From NCBI RefSeq assembly GCF_001194135.2, contig NC_068983.1:143799381-143838728 (forward strand): a stretch of 39,348 nucleotides of DNA. Reading direction: 5' to 3'. Of this stretch, positions 21,298 through 33,020 are shown piece after piece. The notes beneath the pieces were generated by a model, which saw nothing but the letters and a program-made list of their open reading frames with translations, did not search any database and was not told the DNA's origin. The translations under genes and the position numbers were made by a program. Position 1 is the first letter of the stretch. Each line of letters starts with the position of its first letter. This DNA is from Octopus bimaculoides (Eukaryota).

Positions 21298-21585
21298 TGT
21301 GGGGATGAGCCGGAAGAAGAGGGCTATGACGCCAATGGTCAAGGGACTGATCAGAAGAGGAAGCGTGAGAAGGGAAGTGCGGTGGGGTACAGAACAGGGT
21401 CGTTCTCTTTTGGCCGGCCGAGGCATCGCAAACGGACGTCAGGGAATTCGCTCTAAGGTTGGTGAGATAGCAGCTGCTTATATTGGGTGACAGGGTAGGG
21501 CAGGATCTCCAGAGTGACTACTACTAGACGGGCGCAGATGAGAGAGGAAGGTAGTTGAACCTCTTTTCATTTCCCACGCACGACA
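21298..21585 (+). repeat. 3' LTR
   Basis: TGTGGGGATG...GCACGACA, preceded by a polypurine tract. Confidence 0.93.
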
Positions 21586-23417
21586 GTTTACTTTTTGTAA
21601 CAATGTTACGGTGAATTACGTGTTCATGTGATTGGGTTATTTAAATTTTTATCCCTGTAACGAAAGGTTAATATTTAAACGTGCCAGCTTTATAAAATAT
21701 TTCTTACTCAAGATCAAAGCATAGTCGGAGTACTTCACTGATGTTACAGTTGTTTAAGAACTTCTTTAGCTAATTGTACAAATTTTCTTTTCCATCGTAG
21801 GAATCAATGTTTCGTGACTTTTCTGCCAACAAATATATTAACTTCGTCTTTTATAGAATCATCATTATTACTCAGATTCCTTAGTTTGAGAGATCGAATG
21901 GACTGCCAAAAACTTGATTTATCATTTAACGTTATTCAAAACAATCTGAACTCCATTTCGAAGCTTAATCTTGCTATCAGCGTCTTTCACAAACATTAAG
22001 AATATTCTCCCAGTCGCAGTCTTAAGAATTCTGTAGTCTCATCTTAATGCTATATTTCAGGTTGATCACACCACTCCAAAACGAAAAATTTATTTTATGA
22101 TCACGATAGCAGGCAGCTTTACCAGCTTTCTTTTAAATAGGAAGTGTTGGTCTAAAATCACCCAGACACATTTACCTTGTCCTCAAAATGTAAATAATTT
22201 TGGAAACGAAATGTGAAATCAATAACTTCATGCACACACTTCAACATTTGTAGTGATTCATCCCGATAGAACAAAGTACAATCTCGAATATCTTTTTTTT
22301 TGTTGTTGCTATTTTGCCGTTGACACCAATATTGCAAACAGAATCCCTATCAATAGAAATTGGAATATAGGAAGTTGAATGAGCTGTTGAATCGCTTTTA
22401 TAGAACAATGCAGCAGTGCTGTAGATTCAACAATGAAAACTGGTTGATCCAAACATGCTTTTCACATAATCGATAATTGTTCGATTGAAATATGTCTTCC
22501 GGAGCCGTTACTTCTATCAAAAAAGAAGAATATTTGAACTTGGTTTGTTATCTTGCGTGGTATACATTAAAGTGTCAAAAGTATGTCGTTGCTCTTGGTT
22601 AAATTTTTCTTTCTGACTATTCACTTCAGTTCACTGTAGGCTGTTGGAGGTAATTAAAAGGCTTGATTCGTCTGGTGCAGACAACACAAGGATGAGCTCG
22701 CTGATAAAATTAAGTCTTGTTTTAGAAAAAGGAAGCTTGCAAGATAAACACTCATCGTTAGGACAATGTATTCGATGGTCTTTTGACATAGACACCTAGA
22801 AATTTTGAACGAAACCCGTTTGATTTAAGATCTCATAAAACAACAGCAATTTTTCGAATCTAAGATGCAGAAAAGCCATCCAGTAATTTCTCATGAAATT
22901 TGATAAATATGAATAAATTTGCATTTATGCATGTATGTTTAGCTTTGGTACCCGCTAACAATTTTAATTCCCGCAGTGAAGATGCCATAGACATATGTCG
23001 TGAAATTATACACAGATGATATTTTTCAGAATCGCAAGATCTGACCATTTTATTCTTTCAAGAGATAATCCACTTATTCTCTTATCAAAGTGTCACGCAT
23101 CAATTGTTTTGTAACGTTGGGATCTTGTACTGCGAAATGAAACTATTTGCCGCTAAATTTCTATGAAATGGCCCAGAAAGTTTATCAAAATAACTCCACG
23201 AAAGATAACCAACACATCCTACGCGTAGTGCAAGTGAAAAAAAAATTTCATTTGAGTTGTAGGAAACAACTAGTTTCTCCCAAATACACCATATAAAACA
23301 ATGAAATAGATGAAATTATTCAGATCTGGGGCAAAGCGTGAAAGAGAGATACATACACAGCTAACAACATGCACTTTTGCAATGTAATCAGTATCCCTCG
23401 ACGTAGAAAGTCGGCCA

Positions 23418-23589
23418 GATCGTCTGTCTTTACGTTCTGAGTTCAAATTTCGCCGAGGTCGACTTTGCCTTTCATCCTTTCGGGGCCGATAAATTAAGTA
23501 CCAGTTGCGTACTGGGTCGATATAATCGACTGGCCCCCTCCCCCAAAATTTCGGGCCTTGTGCCTAGAGTAGAAAAAAAAAAAAAAAGG
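23418..23589 (+). mobile_element. 5'-truncated SINE family A with poly(A) tail and 10-bp TSD
   Basis: TSD AAGTCGGCCA at 23408-23417 and 23590-23599; body GTTCAAATTTCGCCGAGGTCGACTTTGCC...GGCCTTGTGCCTAGAGTAG-A(n). Confidence 0.88.
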
Positions 23590-23813
23590 AAGTCGGCCAA
23601 ATTTGGTATCACCTTCGGTGCATATTCTTCCCGATTTGAAATGCTCGCACCGCTCGCGATATTGCGTACGGCCCACACATAGCTCCATAGTCTCTTGCAA
23701 TTTCAGAACGGTCCGTGAAAGTTTTGCCTGATTTAAAATAGAATTTCACACAAACAAATAGCCAAGTACACTAAGTATATGTTTGCTCTAACATTTGTAG
23801 TTGGATATACGTG

Positions 23814-23868
23814 TATGTTGTGTATAAGCAATCTTGAATGAAAATCAAGATCGCTTATGCACAACATA
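23814..23868. repeat. 55-bp near-perfect palindrome (24-bp stem, 7-nt loop) with TA ends
   Basis: TATGTTGTGTATAAGCAATCTTGA atgaaaa TCAAGATCGCTTATGCACAACATA; one G-U pair and one A-C mismatch. Confidence 0.85.
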
Positions 23869-23962
23869 TGACACTGCAATCGCGGGCATGCTGCGCCAGC
23901 TAGATGGCGCGATATCTTGAAAGTTTCTTTTTTGTTTTTGGACAGATCCCATATTTGTGTAT

Positions 23963-24007
<45 letters not shown>

Positions 24008-24892
24008 TGCATGCACACACAGATAGACATACACGTACATATGAAGAAAATGACTGGGTGGTAAATCTGTTTTGGAAATCTGTATCAAAACGTTTCTGTC
24101 ATATTTAATTTCTTTTTTTTATCTTCTTTCTTTTTATCTGTAATGTCGGTTTCTGTCAGCATGTAGTCTTTCCTTTTTTTTTTTTTATNNNNNNNNNNNN
24201 NNNNNNNNNNNNNNNNNNNNNNNNNNNNNNNNNNNNNNNNNNNNNNNNNNNNNNNNNNNNNNNNNNNNNNNNNNNNNNNNNNNNNNNNNNNNNNNNNNNN
24301 NNNNNNNNNNNNNNNNNNNNNNNNNNNNNNNNNNNNNNNNNNNNNNNNNNNNNNNNNNNNNNNNNNNNNNNNNNNNNNNNNNNNNNNNNNNNNNNNNNNN
24401 NNNNNNNNNNNNNNNNNNNNNNNNNNNNNNNNNNNNNNNNNNNNNNNNNNNNNNNNNNNNNNNNNNNNNAAAAAACGTAGATCAAAACAAACGAAAATCC
24501 CCCCAAAAAACAAAACAGAAGAAAAGACTATGCTTTTCTGTACGTCTTTGTTCAACCTTATCTTATTTCCTCTCCTTCCTATCTCTGTCTGTCTGTCGGT
24601 CGGTTTGTCTGTCGGTCGGTCTGTCTGTCGGTCGGTCTGTCTGTCGGTCTGTCTGTCTGTCTGTCTGTCTGTCGGTCGGCCTGTCTGTCTCTGTCCTCTC
24701 TTCTTCGCCCTTGCTCGTTCTTTCCCCTCCATCCTGATACTGTGCATTATAAGGTTTAAGTTATCGCTTTGGCCATTTCCATTAATGACAAGGAGAAAGG
24801 TAAAAAAACAAAAAACAAACCAAAAAAACCAAAAAAAAACAAAAACGAAGAAAATTTTAAAAAAAGGAAAAAGTTCGTGCGCGCGTGTATGT

Positions 24893-25766
24893 AGGATGGT
24901 AATGATGGTGGTGTGTGAAGTGATTTGTTCAATGTAGTCCAAGTGAAAAGCTGTTCCAAATGACTGTTGCATGCCTTAGTCAACATGTTCCAAGAGTGAT
25001 TTCCATGTAAATGCTTGTCTACTTTTAAGTTTATTGATTGAGGGTAAGTAACAATCAGTTATGGCGATATATTGGACAACAATCAAGATGAATATATATA
25101 TATATATAATACTGAGAGAGAGAGAGAGAGGGAGAGGTTGAGAGAGAGAGAGGGAGAGGTTGNNNNNNNNNNNNNNNNNNNNNNNNNNNNNNNNNNNNNN
25201 NNNNNNNNNNNNNNNNNNNNNNNNNNNNNNNNNNNNNNNNNNNNNNNNNNNNNNNNNNNNNNNNNNNNNNNNNNNNNNNNNNNNNNNNNNNNNNNNNNNN
25301 NNNNNNNNNNNNNNNNNNNNNNNNNNNNNNNNNNNNNNNNNNNNNNNNNNNNNNNNNNNNNNNNNNNNNNNNNNNNNNNNNNNNNNNNNNNNNNNNNNNN
25401 NNNNNNNNNNNNNNNNNNNNNNNNNNNNNNNNNNNNNNNNNNNNNNNNNNNNNNNNNNNNNNNNNNNNNNNNNNNNNNNNNNNNNNNNNNNNNNNNNNNN
25501 NNNNNNNNNNNNNNNNNNNNNNNNNNNNNNNNNNNNNNNNNNNNNNNNNNAGGATGGTAATGATGGTGGTGTGTGAAGTGATTTGTTCAATGTAGTCCAA
25601 GTGAAAAGCTGTTCCAAATGACTGTTGCATGCCTTAGTCAACATGTTCCAAGAGTGATTTCCATGTAAATGCTTGTCTACTTTTAAGTTTATTGATTGAG
25701 GGTAAGTAACAATCAGTTATGGCGATATATTGGACAACAATCAAGATGAATATATATATATATATA
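24893..25766. repeat. Exact ~215-bp direct duplication either side of an N-gap
   Basis: 24893-25108 equals 25551-25766; the second copy starts at the first base after the gap. Probably an assembly or haplotype overlap. Confidence 0.85.
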
Positions 25767-25999
25767 TGTATATATATGGGCTACTCGACCTGAAGGAAAT
25801 TCTAACTGGGCCCCCACTTGCGAGGTCATGCGCTGTTTATCTTGATATGAGTTCACCATGTCGCGCACACATGGTTGGAATGCGTGTGCCTGGTGTACCC
25901 TTATCAGACGGGTAGTCATGATGGGTATAATGGGCTTCGTATATTTTACCCCAGTGTCACTTTGATGGCATGCATTGCTCTCTCACTCAATAATATAAA

Positions 26000-26425
26000 T
26001 AATAATAGTTTCAAATTTTACTGTAAAGGCCTGAGGGTTTTAGGGAAGGTGCTAGTCGATTACATCGACCCCAGTGCTCAACTGGTACTTAATTTTATCG
26101 ACCCCTAAAAGACGAAAGGCAAATCGACATCGGTGGAATTTGAACTCAACGTAAACATGGAAAAAAGAAATGCCGCTAAACGATTTTACCTGCTCGCTGC
26201 CTTAATGATGATGATGATGATGATGATAATCCTTTCTGCTATAGGCACAAGGCCTGAAATTTTGGGAGAGGGTACTAGTCAATTACATTGACTCCAGTGT
26301 TTCACTGGTACTTAATTTATTGACCCCGAAAGGATGAAAGGCAAAGTCGACCTCGGCGTAATTTGAACTCAGAACGTAAACATAGACAGAAGAAATGCTG
26401 CTAAACGATTTTACTCTTCCGCTGC
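26000..26425 (-). mobile_element. Two tandem SINE family A copies
   Basis: Reverse complements of the family A body (CTGGTACTTAATTTT...GAAAGGCAAAGTCGACCTCGG...ATTTGAACTC) at ~26000-26205 and ~26228-26425. Confidence 0.8.
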
Positions 26426-26456
26426 CTTAATAATGCTGCTGCTGCTGATGATGATG

Positions 26457-26463
26457 GATAATA

Positions 26464-26562
<99 letters not shown>
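26457..26562. repeat. (AAT)n microsatellite
   Basis: Direct reading. Confidence 0.95.
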
Positions 26563-27039
26563 TACTGACCAATGGAAACAACTGCAGTTTTAAAAGCTTT
26601 CCATCGATCTGATTTCAGTCCTTCCTAGATTATTATCTGTTGTTATTCTAGAATAATTTACAATGATGGAAAAATCTTAAGTTTTCTTTTGAGTTGTTTA
26701 GGCATGTCCCAATGAACTGAAGAAGTCTACTAAAGGGAGATTATCTGAGAATATTGATTGCTACAATGCACGTCAATACTCCTAAAAATTGTATTTTCTG
26801 TCTTCATTTAGATATTTACATATAGGTTGACTTTCAGTTTCAGTTTATCACTCAGTAATCTGTTATTATCTATTAGATAAATTCTCAAGTCTTAGCCTAC
26901 GGCAGCCTCTTATCTACTAACTATATTATATAGTAAAACGTGTTTCATCTGGTAAGACTCACATTAAATGCGTTGCAAAGGGCAAAAAATAAATAATAAA
27001 TAAAGAATGGATATAAAGAAAAAAAACAGACACGGTAGC

Positions 27040-27400
27040 CATTGTTGTAAAGAAATTTATCGTAGCAGTTTTGGGTTCTTTACCGCTGTGCAACACCTTG
27101 GGTAAGTATATTCTACCACAGAATATCGAAGGTTGATCAATGTCATGCGAGTGGATTTGGTTGAAGGTAACCGTGTCGTGTCGGAGACTGCTGTGTGTGC
27201 GTGCGCACGTGTATAAATGTATGTGTATGTATATATGTGTGTTCATGAGTGCGTATGTATGAGTATATGCACGTATGTGTGTGTGCTGTGTGAGTGTGTG
27301 CGTGCGTGTTTGTGTCTAACCGCTTGGCAACCCATGTTATAACCTCGTAACTTAGCAATTAGGCAAAAATGAATCCGTTAGAAGTAACAGACTTTAAAAA
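27040..27400 (+). mobile_element. SINE family B, degenerate
   Basis: CACCTTGGGTAAGT...GAGTGGATTTGGT, an internal TG-rich tract, and CGTAACTTAGCAATTAGGCAAAA. Confidence 0.6.
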
Positions 27401-27451
27401 TTAATGCTGTCTGTCCCAGCATCTTATTAAATATATATGTATATCTATCTA

Positions 27452-27504
<53 letters not shown>

Positions 27505-27648
27505 ACATCGTTTGAAGAAATACATAAATCCGGAAGAGAAGCACACTCAAAGATGTATAGTGGGGTAGGGCCAGTTTATGGAGGTTACCCTGGGTTTCTC
27601 CCCATAAGGGGTTTAGCCTTACAGCGTATCTTCAGATCCCAACCTATA

Positions 27649-27696
<48 letters not shown>

Positions 27697-29279
27697 NNNN
27701 NNNNNNNNNNNNNNNNNNNNNNNNNNNNNNNNNNNNNNNNNNNNNNNNNNNNNNNNNNNNNNNNNNNNNNNNNNNNNNNNNNNNNNNNNNNNNNNNNNNN
27801 NNNNNNNNNNNNNNNNNNNNNNNNNNNNNNNNNNNNNNNNNNNNNNNNNNNNNNNNNNNNNNNNNNNNNNNNNNNNNNNNNNNNNNNNNNNNNNNNNNNN
27901 NNNNNNNNNNNNNNNNNNNNNNNNNNNNNNNNNNNNNNNNNNNNNNNNNNNNNNNNNNNNNNNNNNNNNNNNNNNNNNNNNNNNNNNNNNNNNNNNNNNN
28001 NNNNNNNNNNNNNNNNNNNNNNNNNNNNNNNNNNNNNNNNNNNNNNNNNNNNNNNNNNNNNNNNNNNNNNNNNNNNNNNNNNNNNNNNNNNNNNNNNNNN
28101 NNNNNNNNNNNNNNNNNNNNNNNNNNNNNNNNNNNNNNNNNNNNNNNNNNNNNNNNNNNNNNNNNNNNNNNNNNNNNNNNNNNNNNNNNNNNNNNNNNNN
28201 NNNNNNNNNNNNNNNNNNNNNNNNNNNNNNNNNNNNNNNNNNNNNNNNNNNNNNNNNNNNNNNNNNNNNNNNNNNNNNNNNNNNNNNNNNNNNNNNNNNN
28301 NNNNNNNNNNNNNNNNNNNNNNNNNNNNNNNNNNNNNNNNNNNNNNNNNNNNNNNNNNNNNNNNNNNNNNNNNNNNNNNNNNNNNNNNNNNNNNNNNNNN
28401 NNNNNNNNNNNNNNNNNNNNNNNNNNNNNNNNNNNNNNNNNNNNNNNNNNNNNNNNNNNNNNNNNNNNNAGTCAAAATAAGCAACAAGGATATCCAAAGT
28501 TTATGCAGCACGATCGTTTCATGCGACTCCATTTAATTAAGCAATGTGAACATTACATCGAATATAAAATGCAGAGCAATCCTCAGCTGCCCAAAGATAT
28601 AAAAAATTACTGAAATTACATTTCAACAGGACATATTTTCATAACTACTTTTAAACTCTCCAAGTAGAAAGGAAGAATACAAAAAACCATTTTGACTTAG
28701 CCAGACCATACAGGCTAGTAAATAATCCTAAGCAGATTTTTAACTGTCACTGATTTTATTTGTTTTTTTTTGTTTCTGGTTTATGGACCATCCTATCAGA
28801 CCTAGTGATTCAAAGCTTAAGAGGGCACTGGCATTTTCTTTGTAGGGAACGGGGTAAATAGTATAGACAGTAAACATGGATGATATAGTTATAAAATTTC
28901 TTAGGGTTTAGTGACAAACTACTATAGGGGAGGGGCTCTCTACTAGCAGACCAGTTTATAATGGAGCAGCTGAATATTACCATAAGGTCAAAAGTGTATA
29001 AAATAAAGTTGGGATATTGTGTACAGATACGGTAAATGGTTATTCATAGTTTTCATTAATCAGAATAATGTATCAGTATTTTTTTACATATGCTAAGTTT
29101 GAAATACTTGCGATACCAATATTTGCTTAATTAATATGTGAATAAATAAAAGCTAATTATAAATTAATAATGAAATAAAAAGAAATAGTATATAATAATG
29201 TATTATATACATTATTACATACATTAGCTCAAGAAGGAAGCACACTGTAAGAGTTGTTGGTGGGAACAGATTTCCAATG

Positions 29280-29470
29280 ATAGCGACAAACGAGTAGGGG
29301 AAGGCTGAAGCTAACATAGCAAATATCTTTAAAAATGGTTTGAATTGCGAGAAGAAAAACCTGGTATGACGCAAAACATATGGCAGCTCAAAACATTTGG
29401 CAGGCCTGAACCGACCAATGTGCATCCTAGCACCTGGTGAACGAAGGTAAACTAAGGTAAACTAAAGAAA
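29280..29470 (+). mobile_element. RTE-like LINE extreme 3' fragment
   Basis: RQTSRGRLKLT*Q...RRKTWYDAKHMAAQNIWQA*TDQCAS* resembles RTE 'R.RGRPK.TW...KTW.EA..MA.DR..WR....A.CA'; short tandem tail (AAGGTAAACT)2. Confidence 0.5.
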
Positions 29471-30926
29471 GATAAGCGTGTGTACACCTTTCACCGGTAT
29501 ACATCAATGACAGAAAACCCAAAACAAGCACTTTAAGAACGAAGTCCATGGAGATATTTGTTCTGTGGGAAGTTACAAACACTCATTGTCACTTTCGCCA
29601 TCAAAAGTATAGTGATTGACACGTCTGAAACTTGAAATCAACGATGCGATCCTATTGTTCATCAATTACGACATAAACACTTAAGAAAAGAAAGACATTA
29701 ACCTAATTAGAGCCACATTATATTATATAAAATAGGGAAAAAAAATGACATAGCTGTCTCTCAAGTAAAGAAACTGTCTTCCAAATAAATATACGTCTAT
29801 ATAAATATATATAAACGTCGCGACATAGCTGGAATATATCTTAAGGAAAGTTTTGTAAATGGAGAGTAGAACCTTTTTGAAGTTCTGTACGTAAATTACA
29901 AAATCGAAGTGGGCAGACGGTCAAAGTAATAAAATATAACTTACTGCTAGAAGTAATGGGTAAGTTGTAAAGGATGGGGAAGTTTAAAAAAAACAACAGA
30001 AAAATGAACGAGAGCACAGTAAAACAAAATAAAACGAAACACCACGAAAATGTAAAACGAGATGTGAGGAATATATATATAAAATACAACTTAAAAGACA
30101 TCTTAGAAAATGCGTGACAACTACTTGAAAACAAAACGCAGCTATATCTTGAAAATCGAAGAATTGTAAGAAACCAAATTAATTGATTATCAATATTGAG
30201 GAGAAAAATGGCAAAAATGTCTCTGTCTAGACTTAAGACGAACGGCAGTTAGAAAGGTTTTGGTATCGTTATAGACCAACATTTTGGGGTGAAATGTTTA
30301 TTTCATGTGAATTGCATGTCTTTTGTGTTCAGTATTTCGAGCAAATAAGCTATGTAGAAACATATGACCCATTAATACAAAGTATGATATTATTTTCATG
30401 AGGAAAAAAAATGCCAATATAAACCACGAGGGAATTATATTCAGAAGAAATCGTCGTTGAAATGTTTTTTTTTTTATTGTTATTATCACTATGAAAGGCG
30501 GATGGCAGAATCGGTGCAGCACCAGACAAAATAGTTTGTTGTATTTAATAACATCTCTTTACGTCTTAGTTGAAATTTAATGGGCACAGCGATAGTAGTT
30601 GTATCGAAGAGGCTTGCTTTGCAATTATATAATTCAAGGATCGATCCCACTACAAGGTACCCATGAACATGTTTTCTTCTATCGCCTTGAATCGAACAAA
30701 ACTTTGGCTCTCTTCTGCCAAATATCCACAATCATAAAATAGGCCGTAGTTATGATATCTCGTATTGGCACAGTGTCACATATTTTATGGGAAAGGTACA
30801 CTCTATTAAATTAACTCCAATACTTGTTAATACTATTTTAGCGACACTAAGAGAATAAAAAGTTGCATCTTATCCGACGCTCTACTGGTTCTACAACAAC
30901 AACAAATACTACTACTGCTGCTGCTG

Positions 30927-30959
<33 letters not shown>

Positions 30960-30960
30960 A

Positions 30961-31800
30961 GATACAAAAAGGTGGAGGAAACGTTGTGTGATATAAGATC
31001 TACCCTTCTATCGTAACGTGAGAGCAAATATCTTCAGGATTTTCTTCCAAATTCTCGATAAGGCTTTCCCCTTGCAACGCAGATATCATAGTCTTTTCAG
31101 TATGAATACAGTTAAGTTGTTTTACTCCACCACATTCATTGCGGTGGCTTCTAATAAAGCAAGCTTACATGATATAATGTCGGCATTGCCCATGGGATCG
31201 GAATGGATGACTCCAGAGATGCCCCAAGCATACATACCGTGGAGCCCGCTCTAATAGAATCTTCCAGGGGTGGGAATAGCCACATGCCTGGGGGGACGTA
31301 TGGGAACAGCACCGTCTTGAGTGGAACCAGATATATCATACAGAGTTGTATTAACCAGACTGCTTCCCTATCCAACTCTACTACGAGTGAGGCGACGAAG
31401 GGACCCTTTGACCGTGGTACCTCACTCTAAGCTGTAACTGCAGAACTCACGCGGAATTACTCATGGGAAGACACTGCGTCCAGACCAACGGAGTGGAAAA
31501 ATATGCGGTGAAAACTCATAGTAAAAGTAAATTTTGCATTGGGGCCATACATCGTTTTGCACCGATATTATTTTTCCTAATCAAGACTTAGGTTCTCTAC
31601 ATCACTAGTGAATATGTTTATTGTAAAGCTGATAGTAAGGTTAAGTATAGTTTGGTGGTGGGATGCACCGGTCCTATCGGTCGGGCAGGTGTCTCTGCGG
31701 ACTTTGCACCAAAGAGGAGTTAGAGATTATATTAACAAGAAGAAATCGATTACTTAATAAGCATAATGAGAAAGAGATGTTTTGCATCCACAGAACGTCT
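30961..31800 (+). mobile_element. Decayed Penelope-like element C-terminus (thumb/linker plus GIY-YIG endonuclease)
   Basis: RWRKRCVI*DLPFYRNVRANIFRIFFQILDKAFP...LFSMNTVKLFYS (cf. RKR.IIWFNPP.S.NV.TNIG..FL.LIDKHFP..NRNTVK.SYS); SCNCR...HCVQTNGVEKYAVKT...KFCIGA from 31430; STSLVN; SYRSGRCLCGLCTKEELEII...LLNKHNE...CIH at 31672-31791. Confidence 0.75.
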
Positions 31801-32470
31801 CGGATCTTCGGACACTACTGAGTGGATCATAACTGTAACTACGATGAGAAAGGCTAGTCTTAAGCTCTTACCCAAAGTATTATGGGAAAAATGTTTGCCA
31901 CTCCGCCATTGTATTGTCGTAGCAGATGAACTCTGTCCTGTATCCTTTATCGGAATATGTCAATTGTTTATCCCTCGCATTTGCACCTCTGTCACCCTAC
32001 CTAACAGTACATGTCCCCTAACCACTTCTGTCTCTGGGAAATCTTGAGTGGAATATCTAGTAATTCCAAAACAATTATCAAGCATTTTACTCGTAATATA
32101 CAGATAATCTAATACCCCAAACAGCTTGTTCTTCCGGTCGACACAACATTATCTGAAATTCGTTTCCTCCTCTTTCGTCAATCAAATTCACAGCCCGACG
32201 CTTTAGTAGAAGACACCACGCTATGAAATCGAAGGTCACAAAGCCATCATCTTAATTAAACGGTTACGTCTTTGCCTATCTATATGAACACAAAATATTC
32301 ATTGTTAAGTAGAAGAAAATCATATATAATTTACTAGGAAATATAGGGAGTTGCTTCATTGCTTCATTGTATTTCATTTGTTTTAACTGTTCCAACATGA
32401 TCGTTCACTATGAGTAGGCTATTCATTTGAATATATTCATAAAAACCATTACAAGAGTATAAGGCAAGTT

Positions 32471-33020
32471 ATTCTTGGTGTCCATGCAATGTAGTCGATT
32501 TAACTTCTGGGGAACGATTTTTTTTTAGATTTTCCCAAGTATTGTTTAGTTTAAAGCTGAATCACTTTGCAACAATTCCTTCAAATTTCTTCCAAAAATC
32601 AATTTTGTTATCGTTTATGAGATCTCTCACTGCATGGTAAATCAACAGCAGAAGTAATTAGTAAGGCTCAAATATATTTCTGCCTATAGCTCTATCATTT
32701 CAATTACTTGTATTTTATTCCACTCACGCAGATTATCATTCTTGCTAGTCATGCAATGTAAATAATTTAATTTCTGGGAAGGGATTGTTTTGAGAATTTC
32801 CCAAGCACTCTCTTGCCGAAAGCTGCATAGTTTTACGGGAAAATGTTTTATTGATAAGGAAAGTCTTCTTCAAATATCTTTCTTAACTTACTGAACATTC
32901 ACTAATGTAAAATCTTTCACTGGATGTTAAATCAATGACAGATCTAATTTGTATTGTTAAAATATGTTGCTGCCTATGGTTTTATCATTTCAATACTTGG
33001 ATTTTATTTCATTCACACAC
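32471..33020. repeat. Degenerate tandem duplication, period ~270-290 bp
   Basis: ATTCTTG..GTC(C)ATGCAATGTA...TTCTGGG...TTTCCCAAG...AAAGCTG at 32471 and 32738; TGCCTAT...TATCATTT(T)CAAT at 32681 and 32971. Confidence 0.7.

Larger units (their letters stand above)
18579..21585 (+). mobile_element. Gypsy/Ty3-type LTR retrotransposon, internally deleted and frameshifted
   Basis: TG...CA LTRs at 18579-18865 and 21298-21585 (~25 differences by eye); PPT-like AGGGGGGCG before the 3' LTR; 5-bp TSD GTATA/GTTTA; domain order gag stub, RT (DLKSAYWQLHV, TRLGFVLNSAPKIM, YIDD), RNase H (HINVAELDSVLKG, NKADTLTR), integrase (HAMHHMGVDRT, LLMDNSTAFRS, NGIVERHHRTIK). Confidence 0.93.
18097..23300 (-). mobile_element. 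Decayed autonomous-type Helitron (PIF1 helicase region) split by a Gypsy insertion
   Basis: Minus-strand motifs in order, in mixed frames: ASSLRELKLL; KFNQEQRHTFDTL; NGSGRHI (eroded Walker A, GGSGKT-like); SVCNIG; GDFRPTLPI; FWSGVINLKYSIKMR; FLNNCNIS; [LTR element]; PYDTTLPLTLTQLQSPIRM; SHGQLYAALSR; MNMVY. Candidate 3' hairpin CGTGC/GCACG at 18106-18121. The 5' boundary is approximate. Confidence 0.85.
23340..23953 (-). mobile_element. Mariner transposon 5' remnant interrupted by a SINE
   Basis: TIR-like TATGGGATCTGTCCAAAAA ending at ~23953. Minus translation VCVKFYFKSGKTFT [fs] LQETMELCVGRTQYRERCEHFKSGRICTEGDTKFGR, continuing after the SINE as LSTSRDTDYIAKVH (mariner HTH region). Confidence 0.75.

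Noticed and set aside
21781-21999. Strong acceptor-like TTTTCTTTTCCATCGTAG followed by ORF 21814-21999
   Set aside because: Antisense to the Helitron helicase remnant, which explains the sequence.
27585-27645. Minus-strand CTGAAGA...TAAA-CCCC ttat GGGG, hammerhead-like
   Set aside because: GAAA is mutated, the UH site is absent and stem I is mismatched. It may be a very old fossil but cannot be supported.
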